Below, in pieces: positions 18,476 to 29,376 of a stretch of 64,000 bases of DNA. Numbering within the stretch: the first letter of the stretch is position 1; each line of letters begins with the position of its first letter. The translations under genes were made by a program, and so were the position numbers. The notes under the pieces are model-generated. The model saw only the letters and a list, made by a program, of their open reading frames with translations, searched no databases and was not told the origin of the DNA. Origin of the DNA: Candidatus Bathyarchaeia archaeon (GTDB lineage Archaea > Thermoproteota > Bathyarchaeia > Bathyarchaeales > Bathycorpusculaceae); the NCBI GenBank assembly GCA_038882975.1, contig JAVZNE010000002.1, forward strand, positions 96,001-160,000, in the 5' to 3' direction.

Positions 18476-20374
18476 TTGTTAAGGGAAGTTAAGCGGCAGT
18501 CGGCAACTTATGGGTTAACAGCAGTCTTAATCGCTCTAATACTAGGGGCACTGTGCTACAACCTTAAAATACAACCAAATGGAAGCAAAAACCAAAATCA
18601 GCCTCCACCACAACCCTCTCCGCAACCATCTCCACAGCCATCTCCCCAACCTTCACCACAACCATCGCCAGAACCAATACCAGAGCCAACACCCCAGCCC
18701 CCACCACAACCCCTAAAAACCTTCTCGTCATATGAAGAGCTGTTAAACTTTCTATCGGCAAACACAAACATTACAGGGCCTCCTCTATATTTGGGACCGT
18801 TAGACAGAGATGTTTTGGCGGAGATAACAGGCTTGCGCATACTTGGCGGTGAAGGCGCATATTCGACGACAAATGTGCAAGTTGCAGGTGTTGATGAAGC
18901 TGATATCGTAAAGACTGACGGCGAATATGTATACGCAATAGCTAAGAACAACATCTATATTGTGAAAGCATACCCGCCAGAAAATATAACTATAATGTCA
19001 AAAATAGCGTTTGAAAATTGCACGTTTCCCGCTGGGCTATTCATAAGTGCAGACGGCAATAAACTAGCAGTTCTGGGAGGCACATATCGCCCAATTCGAT
19101 TGCCACCCCTTCCATGGACATATGATTACGTATGGCTAGATATTTACGGTTACAACCTATACTACGCTATGGATGTAAAAGCGTTTATCCACGTCTACGA
19201 CGTTTCAAGCAAGTCAAGCCCGATCTTGATAAGAAATTTCACAATGAGTGGAAGCTATTTTAACTCGCGAATGATAGGCGAATATGTGTACGCTGTTATA
19301 AGTCAGCCAGTCTACATAATCAACAGTACTGTTATTCTCCCGCAAATATATTTGGAAGACGGTGTTAGAGAAATTGAAGCGACAAAAATATACTATTCAA
19401 ATGTTTCCGAGAATTTCTACACCTTTACAACAATTGTCGCTTTAAACATAATGAACTCGACTGAGGAGCCAAACACTTTAACCCTACTGATTGGAGGGAC
19501 AAGCACCTTATACGTTTCATTAAACAACATCTACATAACATTCCACAACTTTAACTGGCAAACGACAACAATCTACAGAATAAAAATAGAAAATGGAACC
19601 ATGAGTTGGAAAGCAACAGGAACTGTGCTAGGACATGAACGTAACCAATTTTCCATGGATGAATATGACGGCTATTTTAGAATTGCAACAGCACATTGGG
19701 TGAACGGGACGCGGCGGAACGACTTATATATATTGGATATGAATTTAGCCATCGTTGGAAACTTAACAAACATTGCACCTGGCGAAAGCTTAGACTCAAC
19801 AAGGTTCATTGGAAACCGTTGCTACCTCACAACATCGGTTGTGCGGAAAGATCCATTCTTTGTAATAGATATCGAAAACCCAAGAGAACCAAAGCTATTA
19901 GGCAAACTGGAATTTCCAGGGTTTACTCAATATTTACATCCATACGACGAAAACCATCTAATAGGCGTCGGTATAGATGTAAACAGAAGAGTTCAAATAC
20001 TAATGTTTGACGTAAGTAACGTTAGTAATCCAATTGTAATGAACAACTTTACGGTTCCGGATTGTTCGGAAACACCAGTTCTATGGGAGCATAAGGCGTT
20101 TCTCTTTGATAAGGCAAAAGAGTTGCTAGTTATACCAGTGTCTATATATGACTGTTCGTGGCAAGGAGTCTACGTGTTTAACATAGCAAACTATGCACTT
20201 ACGCTTAAAGGAAATGTTACGCATCTCGAAAGCGGCGTTGATGAATGGAATTACGTTTACTGGATTAAAAGAGTCCTATACATTGAAGACATGCTTTACA
20301 CGATATCTGAAATGAAGCTAAAGATAAACTGGTTGGAAGACCTTTCGCCAAAAGGGGAAATATTCTTTCCCTAA
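18476..20374 (+). CDS. Secreted/membrane-anchored beta-propeller domain protein with Pro/Gln/Ser linker
   Basis: N-terminal TM; YSTTNVQVAGVDEADIVKTDG, NQFSMDEYDGYFRIAT, YLHPYDENHLIGVG, HKAFLF motifs; many N-x-S/T sequons. Confidence 0.85.
   Translation: MLREVKRQSATYGLTAVLIALILGALCYNLKIQPNGSKNQNQPPPQPSPQPSPQPSPQPSPQPSPEPIPEPTPQPPPQPLKTFSSYEELLNFLSANTNITGPPLYLGPLDRDVLAEITGLRILGGEGAYSTTNVQVAGVDEADIVKTDGEYVYAIAKNNIYIVKAYPPENITIMSKIAFENCTFPAGLFISADGNKLAVLGGTYRPIRLPPLPWTYDYVWLDIYGYNLYYAMDVKAFIHVYDVSSKSSPILIRNFTMSGSYFNSRMIGEYVYAVISQPVYIINSTVILPQIYLEDGVREIEATKIYYSNVSENFYTFTTIVALNIMNSTEEPNTLTLLIGGTSTLYVSLNNIYITFHNFNWQTTTIYRIKIENGTMSWKATGTVLGHERNQFSMDEYDGYFRIATAHWVNGTRRNDLYILDMNLAIVGNLTNIAPGESLDSTRFIGNRCYLTTSVVRKDPFFVIDIENPREPKLLGKLEFPGFTQYLHPYDENHLIGVGIDVNRRVQILMFDVSNVSNPIVMNNFTVPDCSETPVLWEHKAFLFDKAKELLVIPVSIYDCSWQGVYVFNIANYALTLKGNVTHLESGVDEWNYVYWIKRVLYIEDMLYTISEMKLKINWLEDLSPKGEIFFP
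18597..18713 (+). repeat. In-frame degenerate 12-bp tandem repeat encoding (PQPS)n linker
   Basis: QPPPQPSPQPSPQPSPQPSPQPSPEPIPEPTPQPPPQP with synonymous variation between units. Confidence 0.85.
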
Positions 20375-21738
20375 ACTCCTTCCTTTTTCGGCTCTACGTG
20401 AACGGTGACTATGGTTTCCGTAAACTTGCGTTTTACCCCGTTTTCGATTTTTGATGCCACTTTATGGGCTTCCTCTATTGTTATTTGGCTTGTGAAACAG
20501 CAGTCTATGTTTATGTAGCGCTTTCCGCCAACAACGTATGTGACTATTCGCTTAACCGAGAACACTTGTTGCAGGCTTTCAGCCGTTTTATAGATTACTT
20601 GCTGAATTTCCCTTTCATCCACTACTGGGCCTCGCTGTTTCATGTCAAATGGTTCGATGTGGACTGTTACGTTGCCGATGTTTTCCAGTTTTTCGCTTAG
20701 CCTACCCTCTATCTTCTCAGCAAGCTCATGAGCTTCACTTACAGACAAGGAAGGATCAACATACGCGTGCAATGTAACGTAGAGTTTGCCATGAGAATAA
20801 ACAACGTTTACTTCGTGAACCTCTTTGACGCCCTCAACTTCCTCAGCCAACTTTTCCACAAGTTTGGAGGTTAAAATTTCCTTTTCTGGTGGCTCCACGT
20901 GGATTGTGACTTCAGCGTTCCCCAAAGCGTTCTTCAGCTTATCTTCAACCTGTGATGCAAGTGCGTGGGCTTCCTCTAGCCCCATATAATCTGGAACTTG
21001 TATGGCGGCTTCAACAAAGGTTTTGTCTCCAGCCCTTCTAACCCTCAACCCTTTAACGCTGGAAACGCCTATTGTTGAGGCTATTTCCTTCCGCACCTTA
21101 TCTGCAACATCCCTTGAGATTGCGTCGCTTAGCTCCATTCCACTTGTTTTAACCAGCCTAATGCTTAGGTAGCCTATGGCGGCGCTTAGAATAAGAGAGG
21201 CTGCTGCGTCTGATATTGGAAAGCCTATTGTTGCGAGTCCAAATCCTAAGAGGGCGATAAGCGTCGAGCCTAAATCTGCCAGGGCATGGTAAAATCCCGC
21301 TTTTACTGTGACGCTTTCCATTTCCACAGAGTGCAGCACTTTAACCCTTAAAATGTCTATGCAGAAAGTATAGCCAATCGCGGCAAAACCAGCCATCTCC
21401 CACTCTTGATTTAAGGGTTCGCCATGTAACAGTCTTTGAACAGCCCTGATAATTAAGAATATGGCTGTGCCGAGGAGTATGACCCCGCCGATGAGCCCGC
21501 CTAGCGGCTCAATTTTCTCGTGCCCGTACATGTGTTCCTCGTCAGGCGGTTTAATGGCAGCCCTAGCTGCCACTAATAAAATGAACATGGTTACAGCGTC
21601 TAGCAGAGCGTGCATGCCGTCGCTTAGAATGGCTAGGCTGCCAACAGCCAAACCCAAAACAACTTCTACGATTACCACGCTGGATATGGCGATAGCTGAA
21701 ATTTTTAGGCTTCTAAGTCCAGTCTCTTTTAAAGGCAT
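20371..21738 (-). CDS. Cation diffusion facilitator (FieF-like) with three tandem C-terminal metal-binding domains
   Basis: SDGMHALLD, HMYGHEKIE, HALAD; three repeats of AH..A..IE...VTxHxEP. Confidence 0.9.
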   Translation of the reverse strand: MPLKETGLRSLKISAIAISSVVIVEVVLGLAVGSLAILSDGMHALLDAVTMFILLVAARAAIKPPDEEHMYGHEKIEPLGGLIGGVILLGTAIFLIIRAVQRLLHGEPLNQEWEMAGFAAIGYTFCIDILRVKVLHSVEMESVTVKAGFYHALADLGSTLIALLGFGLATIGFPISDAAASLILSAAIGYLSIRLVKTSGMELSDAISRDVADKVRKEIASTIGVSSVKGLRVRRAGDKTFVEAAIQVPDYMGLEEAHALASQVEDKLKNALGNAEVTIHVEPPEKEILTSKLVEKLAEEVEGVKEVHEVNVVYSHGKLYVTLHAYVDPSLSVSEAHELAEKIEGRLSEKLENIGNVTVHIEPFDMKQRGPVVDEREIQQVIYKTAESLQQVFSVKRIVTYVVGGKRYINIDCCFTSQITIEEAHKVASKIENGVKRKFTETIVTVHVEPKKEGV

Positions 21739-21941
21739 TATCCATCAAATAGATTGCCCAGCCCTCGGGATTTAAGGATTGTGAAACAAGGCTTAGCAAA
21801 ACATTTAAAACAATAGCCTTACATGATTATGTGGGTATCAAAGTGCAAGGTGAACACTTTAACCCAACATAGCCCCTTAAAAAGCTTCACTCAACCCTTT
21901 AGATTTGTTTCTCATGAAATTTTTGAAGGAGGCACAAAACA

Positions 21942-23234
21942 GTGAGCGTAAGCGACATTCTAGATGGAAAACTGACCGAACGCGAGGTTGAGATAAAAGG
22001 CTGGCTTGTCAACAAACGCTCAAGCGGTGGAGTCCAATTCCTAATAGTACGCGACGGGACAGGCTTCATACAGGCAACAATCCACAAAGATGAGGTTTCC
22101 GCGAAAGTTTTTGAAAACACAGAAAAGTTGACGCAGGAATCCTCTATAGTATTGAAGGGCGTCGTTAAAGAGGATAAACGTGCACCTGGAGGCTACGAGA
22201 TAAGGGTTAAGGACTTGCAGGTTGTGCATTTGGCGGAACGTGAATACCCATTGGCGAAAAAGGAGCATGGCATCGACTTCCTAATGAATTATAGGCAGTT
22301 GTGGATCAGAAGCCCAAGGCAGACAGCCATCTTAAGGATTAGGGCTGAAGTGATTAAGGCTTGCAGAGACTTTCTTGACAGCAGAGGCTTCGTCTTAACA
22401 GACGCCCCAATATTCACGCCCGCCGCTGTTGAAGGAACAACAACCCTTTTTGAAGTCCCATATTTTGGTGAAAAGGCTTACCTAACCCAAAGCGGGCAAC
22501 TTTATGTTGAAGCCACCATAGCCGCCTTTGGAAAAGTCTACTGTTTCGGCCCAACATTTAGGGCTGAAAAGTCCAAAACGCCCAGACACTTAACAGAGTT
22601 TTGGATGGTTGAACCGGAGATAGCCTTCTGCGACTTTGAGGAAAACTTGAAAATTCAAGAGGAAATGGTAACCTACATTGTTAAAACCGTTCTAGAGAAG
22701 CGGCGAAGAGAGCTTGAAACCCTCAAGCGGGACATAACACCTTTAAAGAAGGTTGAGCCTCCCTTCGAGAGAATAAGCTACACAGAGGCTGTGGAAATGC
22801 TGCAGAAGGCTGGCTTCCCTATCCAATGGGGAGAAGACCTTGGAGCACCCCACGAACGGCACATTTCCCTTCAGTTTGAAAAGCCAGTTTTTGTACACAG
22901 ATACCCAGCCAAGGCTAAAGCCTTCTACATGCAGCCAGACCCAGAAAACCCAGAAGTCGTATTATGCGCCGATTTGATGGCGCCGGAAGGCTATGGAGAA
23001 ATAATAGGCGGAAGCCAACGCATCCACGACCTCAAACTACTGGAAAAACGCCTAGAGGAGTTTGGCTTGCCAAAACAAGCCTACGAATGGTACCTGGATT
23101 TGCGGAGGTATGGCTCAGTGCCGCATTCAGGCTTTGGACTGGGAATTGAGCGAACAGTCATGTGGATTTGCAAGCTAAAGCATATAAGAGAAACAATACC
23201 CTTCCCAAGAACATTAACCCGTATATACCCGTAG
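21942..23234 (+). CDS. asnS: Asparagine--tRNA ligase
   Basis: [50 protein letters not shown]. Confidence 0.93.
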   Translation: MSVSDILDGKLTEREVEIKGWLVNKRSSGGVQFLIVRDGTGFIQATIHKDEVSAKVFENTEKLTQESSIVLKGVVKEDKRAPGGYEIRVKDLQVVHLAEREYPLAKKEHGIDFLMNYRQLWIRSPRQTAILRIRAEVIKACRDFLDSRGFVLTDAPIFTPAAVEGTTTLFEVPYFGEKAYLTQSGQLYVEATIAAFGKVYCFGPTFRAEKSKTPRHLTEFWMVEPEIAFCDFEENLKIQEEMVTYIVKTVLEKRRRELETLKRDITPLKKVEPPFERISYTEAVEMLQKAGFPIQWGEDLGAPHERHISLQFEKPVFVHRYPAKAKAFYMQPDPENPEVVLCADLMAPEGYGEIIGGSQRIHDLKLLEKRLEEFGLPKQAYEWYLDLRRYGSVPHSGFGLGIERTVMWICKLKHIRETIPFPRTLTRIYP

Positions 23235-23249
23235 AGTTTTAGTTTCTTG

Positions 23250-26072
23250 TTATTTCCACTTCCAAACTTTTCTACCCATGAATATCTCCGGGAATATCAA
23301 AAGTCCCCAGCTAGCTACTCCAGCAACATATGCGAGGTCGGTTAGGCTTAAGCCCGTTAGATGGAACAATTGCTGTGTGATTGGTATGTAAGTTATTCCA
23401 AGGGTTAATGCTACAGATGCCAAATCAGCTATAACGAAAAACTTGTTTTCAAAGGCTTTCCTGCCCATTCTCCAAACGCTACGCTTTTCCGAACGGCAAT
23501 TCCAGACAACAAAAAGTTCAAACAGCGCTGCTTGGACGAATGCTGTTGTGGTGGCTTCTCGATAGGTAAGCTGCCTTGCTACCTCATCAATTGTCCCATC
23601 TGGGCGAATCCACGGGTGAGATGGCCAGACGTAATATTCTAAGCAGAAGACAAGGAAAGTTCCGGTTGCTTGCAGTATGAAGGAGGCTATTATGAATGCT
23701 CCCATTCCGTGGAGGATGCCTTCTTCGGGTTTACGTGGCGGTCTATCCATGACATCAATATCTGGTGGATCTGTTGCAAGGGCTACTGCGGGAGCGCCAT
23801 CTGTTACAAGGTTTATCCACAGTATCATTGCTGGCAATAGTGGAAGTGGAAACAGTTCTGGTGAGAATATTCCCCCTAGAATGGCAAATGTGCCTATAAC
23901 TAGCAGTTCATCGAAGTTGCATGATATTAGAAAACGTGCGTATTTCCTTATATTGTCGTAGATAACCCTTCCTTGCTCCACAGCCTTAACTATTGTTGCG
24001 AAGTTGTCGTCTGTGAGAACAAGGTCCGACGCTTCCCGCGTAACGTCTGTGCCGCTAATGCCCATCGCGACACCAACATCGGCGGCTTTAACAGCTGGCG
24101 CATCATTAACGCCGTCACCAGTCATTGCCACTATGTGACCTTTCTTTTTCAAAGCATTGACAATCTTTAGCTTGTGTTCCGGTGAAACGCGAGCATAGAC
24201 TGTTACTTTTTCAACTATTTCTTCAAATTCCTCGTCGCTTAGCTGGTCCATTTCAGCGCCAGTTAAGACCATGTCTCCTTCCTTGTATATTCCAACCTCC
24301 TTTGCAACAGCAATGGCGGTCAGCTTGTGGTCGCCTGTTATCATAACCGTTTTTATGCCAGCCTTTTGGCATTTCTTGTTGGCTTCTATGGCTTCCTCTC
24401 TTGGAGGGTCTATCATTCCTTGAAGCCCAACAAAAACCATTCCCCTTTCAACAGTTTCAGCATCATACTTTGTCATGGTTGGCGGCAAGCGCTTATACGC
24501 CGTAGCAAGAACTCTGAGAGCGTTTCCAGCCAATTGCTCGTTCACAGCCAGAACCTCTTTTTTCCGTTCTTCTGTAAGCCTCCTTTCTTTTCCTCCCTCA
24601 AATACGTGGGTACATCTTTCCAGAACGACTTCAGGCGCGCCCTTCATGTAGGCGTGAACCTCGCCTTCCGGAGTCTTGTGGATTGTGGTCATGCGTTTCC
24701 TTTCAGAAGTGAAGGGTATTTCACCAACGCGTGGATAACTATTTTCTAAAGCCTCCTTGCTAAGTCCAGCCTTGGTAGCCGCTACAACAAGTGCTCCTTC
24801 TGTCGGATCGCCGAAGATTTCCCAACTGTTGTTTTGCTCGTTTTTTCTTAAGCTGGCATTGTTGCATAGGGCACCTATTCTTAAAACAAATTCAAGACTG
24901 CTATCAGGCTTTACAGGGTCTCCGTCAATGCGAAACTCACCCTTAGGCTCATAACCAACCCCAGTCACTTCAACAAGTTTTCCATCAACATAGATTTGGC
25001 GAACAGTCATTTCGCCTTTAGTTATCGTCCCGGTTTTGTCAGAGCATATGACCGTCACCGCGCCGAGGCTTTCTGCTGATGAAAGCCGCCTCACTATAGC
25101 GTTGCGCTTTGCAAATTCCCTCGCCCCTAGGGCCAGCGCTATAGTAACAATGGCTGGTAGGCCCTCAGGAACTGCGGATATTGCCAATGAGATTGAGGAC
25201 ATAAAAGCTTGAATGAAGCCTTCGGGTTCAAAGTGCATCTTCATTATTACCTCAAACGCTTCCAGTGCAAAAATGAGTACACAGACAGCTATCACGACCT
25301 TGGCAATTTTGCTGGCAAACCTATCCAATTTCTTCTGAAGGGGTGTTTCTTCCTCCTCAGCGGTCTGAACCATCTCGGCGATTTTGCCGAACTCGGTGTT
25401 CATTCCTGTGGCGGTTACAACAGCTTTGCCCCTGCCGTAAACAATGTGGGTTGCGGAGAAAACCATATTTCTCTTTTCTGAAACGGGAGTATCCTCCCTC
25501 AAAACCACTAACTCTTTCTCGACTGGTGTGGATTCTCCGGTTAGAACAGCCTCATTCGCCTTTAACTCAACAACTTCAATGAGCCGCGCGTCTGCTGGAA
25601 CATGGTCGCCTTCCTCAAGTGCTAAAATGTCGCCGGGAACAACCTCACTTGCCGGAATAATAATCTCTTTTCCATCTCTTATTACACGGGCTTTTGGAGC
25701 TGCCAACTTTTTGAGGGCTTCAACAGCCTTTTCAGCCCTATATTCTTGAACAAATCCTGTAATTGCACATAAAAGGACTATGGCACCTATCGTTATAGAG
25801 TCTGCGTAGGCCTCAAGAAACTCGCCTTGCAGCATTTCGTAGTATCCAACAATAGCTGAGAATATGGTGGCCGCAATCAACAACAAAATGAAGACGTCTT
25901 TGAACTCATCCAAAAACATGTGGAGAGCTGTCCGACGCTTTACCTTCTTAATTTCGTTTGGTCCATATTTTTTAAGTCTTTCAAGGGCTTCAGATGATGA
26001 TAAACCGTTATGACTTACTCCTAACTCCTTAAAGACTTCGTCAACTTCCATTGCATGCCAAGGCTTCGACAT
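23250..26072 (-). CDS. P2-type cation (Ca2+-like) transporting ATPase
   Basis: TGES, PEGL, DKTGT, KGAPE, TGDGVNDAP, WINLVTD. Confidence 0.93.
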   Translation of the reverse strand: MSKPWHAMEVDEVFKELGVSHNGLSSSEALERLKKYGPNEIKKVKRRTALHMFLDEFKDVFILLLIAATIFSAIVGYYEMLQGEFLEAYADSITIGAIVLLCAITGFVQEYRAEKAVEALKKLAAPKARVIRDGKEIIIPASEVVPGDILALEEGDHVPADARLIEVVELKANEAVLTGESTPVEKELVVLREDTPVSEKRNMVFSATHIVYGRGKAVVTATGMNTEFGKIAEMVQTAEEEETPLQKKLDRFASKIAKVVIAVCVLIFALEAFEVIMKMHFEPEGFIQAFMSSISLAISAVPEGLPAIVTIALALGAREFAKRNAIVRRLSSAESLGAVTVICSDKTGTITKGEMTVRQIYVDGKLVEVTGVGYEPKGEFRIDGDPVKPDSSLEFVLRIGALCNNASLRKNEQNNSWEIFGDPTEGALVVAATKAGLSKEALENSYPRVGEIPFTSERKRMTTIHKTPEGEVHAYMKGAPEVVLERCTHVFEGGKERRLTEERKKEVLAVNEQLAGNALRVLATAYKRLPPTMTKYDAETVERGMVFVGLQGMIDPPREEAIEANKKCQKAGIKTVMITGDHKLTAIAVAKEVGIYKEGDMVLTGAEMDQLSDEEFEEIVEKVTVYARVSPEHKLKIVNALKKKGHIVAMTGDGVNDAPAVKAADVGVAMGISGTDVTREASDLVLTDDNFATIVKAVEQGRVIYDNIRKYARFLISCNFDELLVIGTFAILGGIFSPELFPLPLLPAMILWINLVTDGAPAVALATDPPDIDVMDRPPRKPEEGILHGMGAFIIASFILQATGTFLVFCLEYYVWPSHPWIRPDGTIDEVARQLTYREATTTAFVQAALFELFVVWNCRSEKRSVWRMGRKAFENKFFVIADLASVALTLGITYIPITQQLFHLTGLSLTDLAYVAGVASWGLLIFPEIFMGRKVWKWK

Positions 26073-26183
26073 CTAAACGCCTCTTCCAAGCTTGCAAATT
26101 TAAAAGACTCATACCGCAACTTACTTATAAAATTCGCTATTTACCAGCCTTTTTAAAGCATGTTTCAGAAAAAGGGAGGGAGC

Positions 26184-28271
26184 TTAAGCGATTAGCAGGA
26201 GAATCAGTGGAGCGAAGACTTCGGCTACCAGCGACATAACTGTAATCATTGTGTTTAGTGATGGCCCAGCTGTGTCCTTGAAGGGGTCTCCGACAGTGTC
26301 GCCAGTCACAGCAGCCTTGTGGGCTTCTGAACCTTTTCCGCCATGCGCTCCAGCCTCAATATATTTTTTGGCGTTGTCCCAAAGCCCGCCAGCATTAGCC
26401 ATAAACAAGGCGAAGATTATGCCAGTAACAATGCTTCCAGCCAAGAATCCCGCCAAAGCCTCTTTTCCAAGCGCAATCAATGTTATGATGGGAACGATTA
26501 TGGCTAGTAGGCACGGAAGCATAAGCTCTTTTATGGCGCCTTTAGTAGCTATGTCCACACATCGGGCGTAGTCAGGCTTGGCTTTGCCCTCCATAAGCCC
26601 TGGAATCTCCTTGAACTGGCGCCTAACCTCCTCAACCATTCTCTCGGCATTTCGTCCCACAGCCAAAATTAGTAAGGCTGATAGAAGCGGGGGCATCATA
26701 CCACCCAAGAAAATGCCAGCAACCATTTTTGGATCCATTAAATTAAGAGTTAACTCTGTATTAAGTAGGTGCTCGACTAGCTCTTTGTAGGCACCAAAAA
26801 GCGCAAGAACCGTTAGAGCTGCGGCACCTATGGCGAAGCCCTTGGTTATGGCTTTTGTTGTATTCCCTGCCGCGTCTAACCTATCTGCAACTTCGATAAC
26901 CTCTTCACCTAAACCTGACTGTTCAGCTATGCCTTTTGCATTATCGGAAACTGGTCCGTAAGCATCTGCCGATATCGTCATTCCAACAGTTGCAAGCATT
27001 CCTACAGCAGCTATTGCAATGCCATAGACAACATCGACCCCAAAGGCTGCAGCCAAGTTCCACGCGGCAATAGTGGCAGCGCAGATGCCAATTACGGGTG
27101 GAACTATGCTCACAACACCGTAGGAAAATCCTGTAAGTATGTTTATCGCGGCACCGGTTGTTGAGGCTCTCGCCACCTTCTGTGCTGGCGCCCTATCAAT
27201 GGACGTGAAGTAGTCAGAGGTTATACCAATTATTACCCCAGCGACTAACCCAGCAACCGTTGGAAGAAACACCCCAAGCCATTGATTGTCCGGCAGTCCT
27301 GAAAACCGGGTAACAACAAATAGGAAGACAGCAAAGATTATCCATGTAGCGAATGATCCTCTGTTAAGGGCGGCTCCAGGATTTCCTTTAATACTTAACT
27401 TTACAATAAAAGCGCCTATTATTGAAGCGAAAAGTCCAACGGCAGCGATTAAAAGAGGCAATGCCACTAAGCTGCTCATGCCCATTGTTGCACCAATCAT
27501 CATAGCCGCCACGATGCTGGCAATGTATGAGTCAATTAAGTCAGCACCCATCCCCGCAACATCCCCAACATTATCCCCAACATTGTCTGCAATAACCGCT
27601 GGATTTCTCGGGTCATCCTCCGGAATCCCAAGCTCAACCTTCCCCACAAGATCTGCACTAATATCCGCAGTCTTAGTGTATATGCCTCCACCGGCTTTTG
27701 CAAAAAGCGCTAAAGCGCTAGCTCCAAAACTAAAACCCAAAACCATATGAGTAGCGTTGACTTGGATCTTTTCCGGTATCCAACCCAGCACTGGCGGCAG
27801 AACCATACTAAAAAGGTAATAGAGTAGACTTACTCCTAAAAGGGCTAAACCAACAATGAATAAGCCCATGACCGCACCGCCGTAAAAGGCCACAGGGAAA
27901 GCCTTTTTTAATCCTTGCCTCGCCGCATTGGCCGTCCTAACATTGGCCTCAACAGCCGCTATCATGCCTATATATGCAGCAACAGTTGTACAAAGAGAGC
28001 CGAAAAGATAGGCAACAGCCATACTTAGTCCAAATGTAAAACTTTCATAAAGAGTGTATAGCACTCCAAGAACAGCTGCCATTATGACGGCAAAGACAGC
28101 CAATGTCATATTCTGCCTTCTCAAATATGCTTTTGCGCCCTCTTTTATGGCGCTGGCAATCTCCCGCATGCGTTCAGTGCCACAATCTTGGCTGGCAACA
28201 TACTTGTATAGGTAAATAGCCAAGCCAACAGCAGCCAATCCGGCTATCGGCGTAACATAAAACCACTCCAT
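26184..28271 (-). CDS. hppA: Membrane-bound proton-translocating pyrophosphatase (predicted K+-independent)
   Basis: [35 protein letters not shown]. Confidence 0.93.
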   Translation of the reverse strand: MEWFYVTPIAGLAAVGLAIYLYKYVASQDCGTERMREIASAIKEGAKAYLRRQNMTLAVFAVIMAAVLGVLYTLYESFTFGLSMAVAYLFGSLCTTVAAYIGMIAAVEANVRTANAARQGLKKAFPVAFYGGAVMGLFIVGLALLGVSLLYYLFSMVLPPVLGWIPEKIQVNATHMVLGFSFGASALALFAKAGGGIYTKTADISADLVGKVELGIPEDDPRNPAVIADNVGDNVGDVAGMGADLIDSYIASIVAAMMIGATMGMSSLVALPLLIAAVGLFASIIGAFIVKLSIKGNPGAALNRGSFATWIIFAVFLFVVTRFSGLPDNQWLGVFLPTVAGLVAGVIIGITSDYFTSIDRAPAQKVARASTTGAAINILTGFSYGVVSIVPPVIGICAATIAAWNLAAAFGVDVVYGIAIAAVGMLATVGMTISADAYGPVSDNAKGIAEQSGLGEEVIEVADRLDAAGNTTKAITKGFAIGAAALTVLALFGAYKELVEHLLNTELTLNLMDPKMVAGIFLGGMMPPLLSALLILAVGRNAERMVEEVRRQFKEIPGLMEGKAKPDYARCVDIATKGAIKELMLPCLLAIIVPIITLIALGKEALAGFLAGSIVTGIIFALFMANAGGLWDNAKKYIEAGAHGGKGSEAHKAAVTGDTVGDPFKDTAGPSLNTMITVMSLVAEVFAPLILLLIA

Positions 28272-28409
28272 ACACCGAACCTCTGCAAGCCGCTCCTTTT
28301 ACAAACCGTCTGAAATGAAACCCCAAGCTTATAAATTTACTGCAAAAACCTAGAAGGCTAGCGTATTTGTAAAGCAAAAGCAAGCACAAATATGACCTTG
28401 CCGGTAAAT

Positions 28410-28533
28410 TGGCGCCGGGGAGGGGATTCGAACCCCTGCGAGCCCGAAGGCCCACTGGCTCCCTTGTCAAAGCCCCTTCTAAACGGTTAGGCGGATCTCG
28501 AGGCCAGCGCGTTAACCACTCCGCCACCCCGGC
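28410..28533 (-). tRNA. tRNA-Ser(CGA) with 36-nt intron at 37/38 (intron 28461-28496), CCA encoded
   Basis: GCCGGGG/CCCCGGC acceptor stem, G73, CTGGC/GCCAG anticodon stem with CT-CGA-G^A loop, long variable arm, GTTCGAATC T-loop; mature length 88 nt. Confidence 0.93.
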
Positions 28534-28568
28534 CTCACAAATTAAGAAGGCATTTATTCTAAAAGGGT

Positions 28569-29372
28569 TTATGCCTTTAAAAGCGACGGGAAAAACCACT
28601 TTTTGCCTTCGACTTTCTTCTTTCCATCCCATTCATGTAAGATTCTAACGGCTTCGTTGGCTACTTTTATGACGTTTTCCTCGCCTTCGCCGGGTTTAAA
28701 TTCGCCAGTGCAGCGGTTAGCGTATACTGCGCAGACCGCCCCAGCCCTTAGTCCGTAAAGATTCGCAAGCGTGTAGAGGGTTGCGGTTTCCATTTCAAAG
28801 TTGAGGACGCCAGCCTTTTGCAAGGCTGGGATCATTTTGGCTGCTTCGGTTTTGGTTGGGCGGTTCTGTCCAGCGTAAAAGTCTGATGTTGTGGCTGTCA
28901 CGCCAACATGATAGTTGCCAATGCCGAGGCTTTCAGCCGCTTCAATCAGCGCTAAAAGAACTTCGTAATTGGCTGTGGCGGGGTATTCTGGCATTACGTA
29001 ACAGTTGCTTGTGCCGTCAAGGCGAACGGCAGCCGATGAAATAACGATGTCACCGCATTTCACACTTTTTTGAATGGCTCCACAGCTTCCAACACGGATA
29101 AAAGTGTGAACTCCTATGGCTGAAGCCTCATTAACAACTATTGCCATGCACGCTGGCCCAATACCGCTTGAAATGGCGGATATTGGAACCCCCCTATAAG
29201 TGCCAGTGAAACTCCGAAACTCTCTGTGGCATGAAACTTCTCTGGCTGAATCCCAGAATCCAGTTATTTTTGGAACACGGTCTGGGTCGCCTGGAACAAG
29301 CAGATACTCTGTCAAATCGCCTTTTCCACACGCTATGTGATACTGCTTGCCACTTGCTCCGGCTTGGTGCAT
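28569..29372 (-). CDS. udp: Uridine/nucleoside phosphorylase
   Basis: PGDPDRV, GIGPA, IRVGSCG, DFYAGQ, NFEME. Confidence 0.85.
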   Translation of the reverse strand: MHQAGASGKQYHIACGKGDLTEYLLVPGDPDRVPKITGFWDSAREVSCHREFRSFTGTYRGVPISAISSGIGPACMAIVVNEASAIGVHTFIRVGSCGAIQKSVKCGDIVISSAAVRLDGTSNCYVMPEYPATANYEVLLALIEAAESLGIGNYHVGVTATTSDFYAGQNRPTKTEAAKMIPALQKAGVLNFEMETATLYTLANLYGLRAGAVCAVYANRCTGEFKPGEGEENVIKVANEAVRILHEWDGKKKVEGKKWFFPSLLKA

Positions 29373-29376
29373 GAGG

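Noticed and set aside
28380-28570. Integrated element at the tRNA
   Set aside because: No integrase, no duplicated tRNA 3' end seen, and both flanks are housekeeping genes.
28174-28648. ORFs 28174-28632 and 28409-28648
   Set aside because: They run through the tRNA-Ser gene and are shadow frames.
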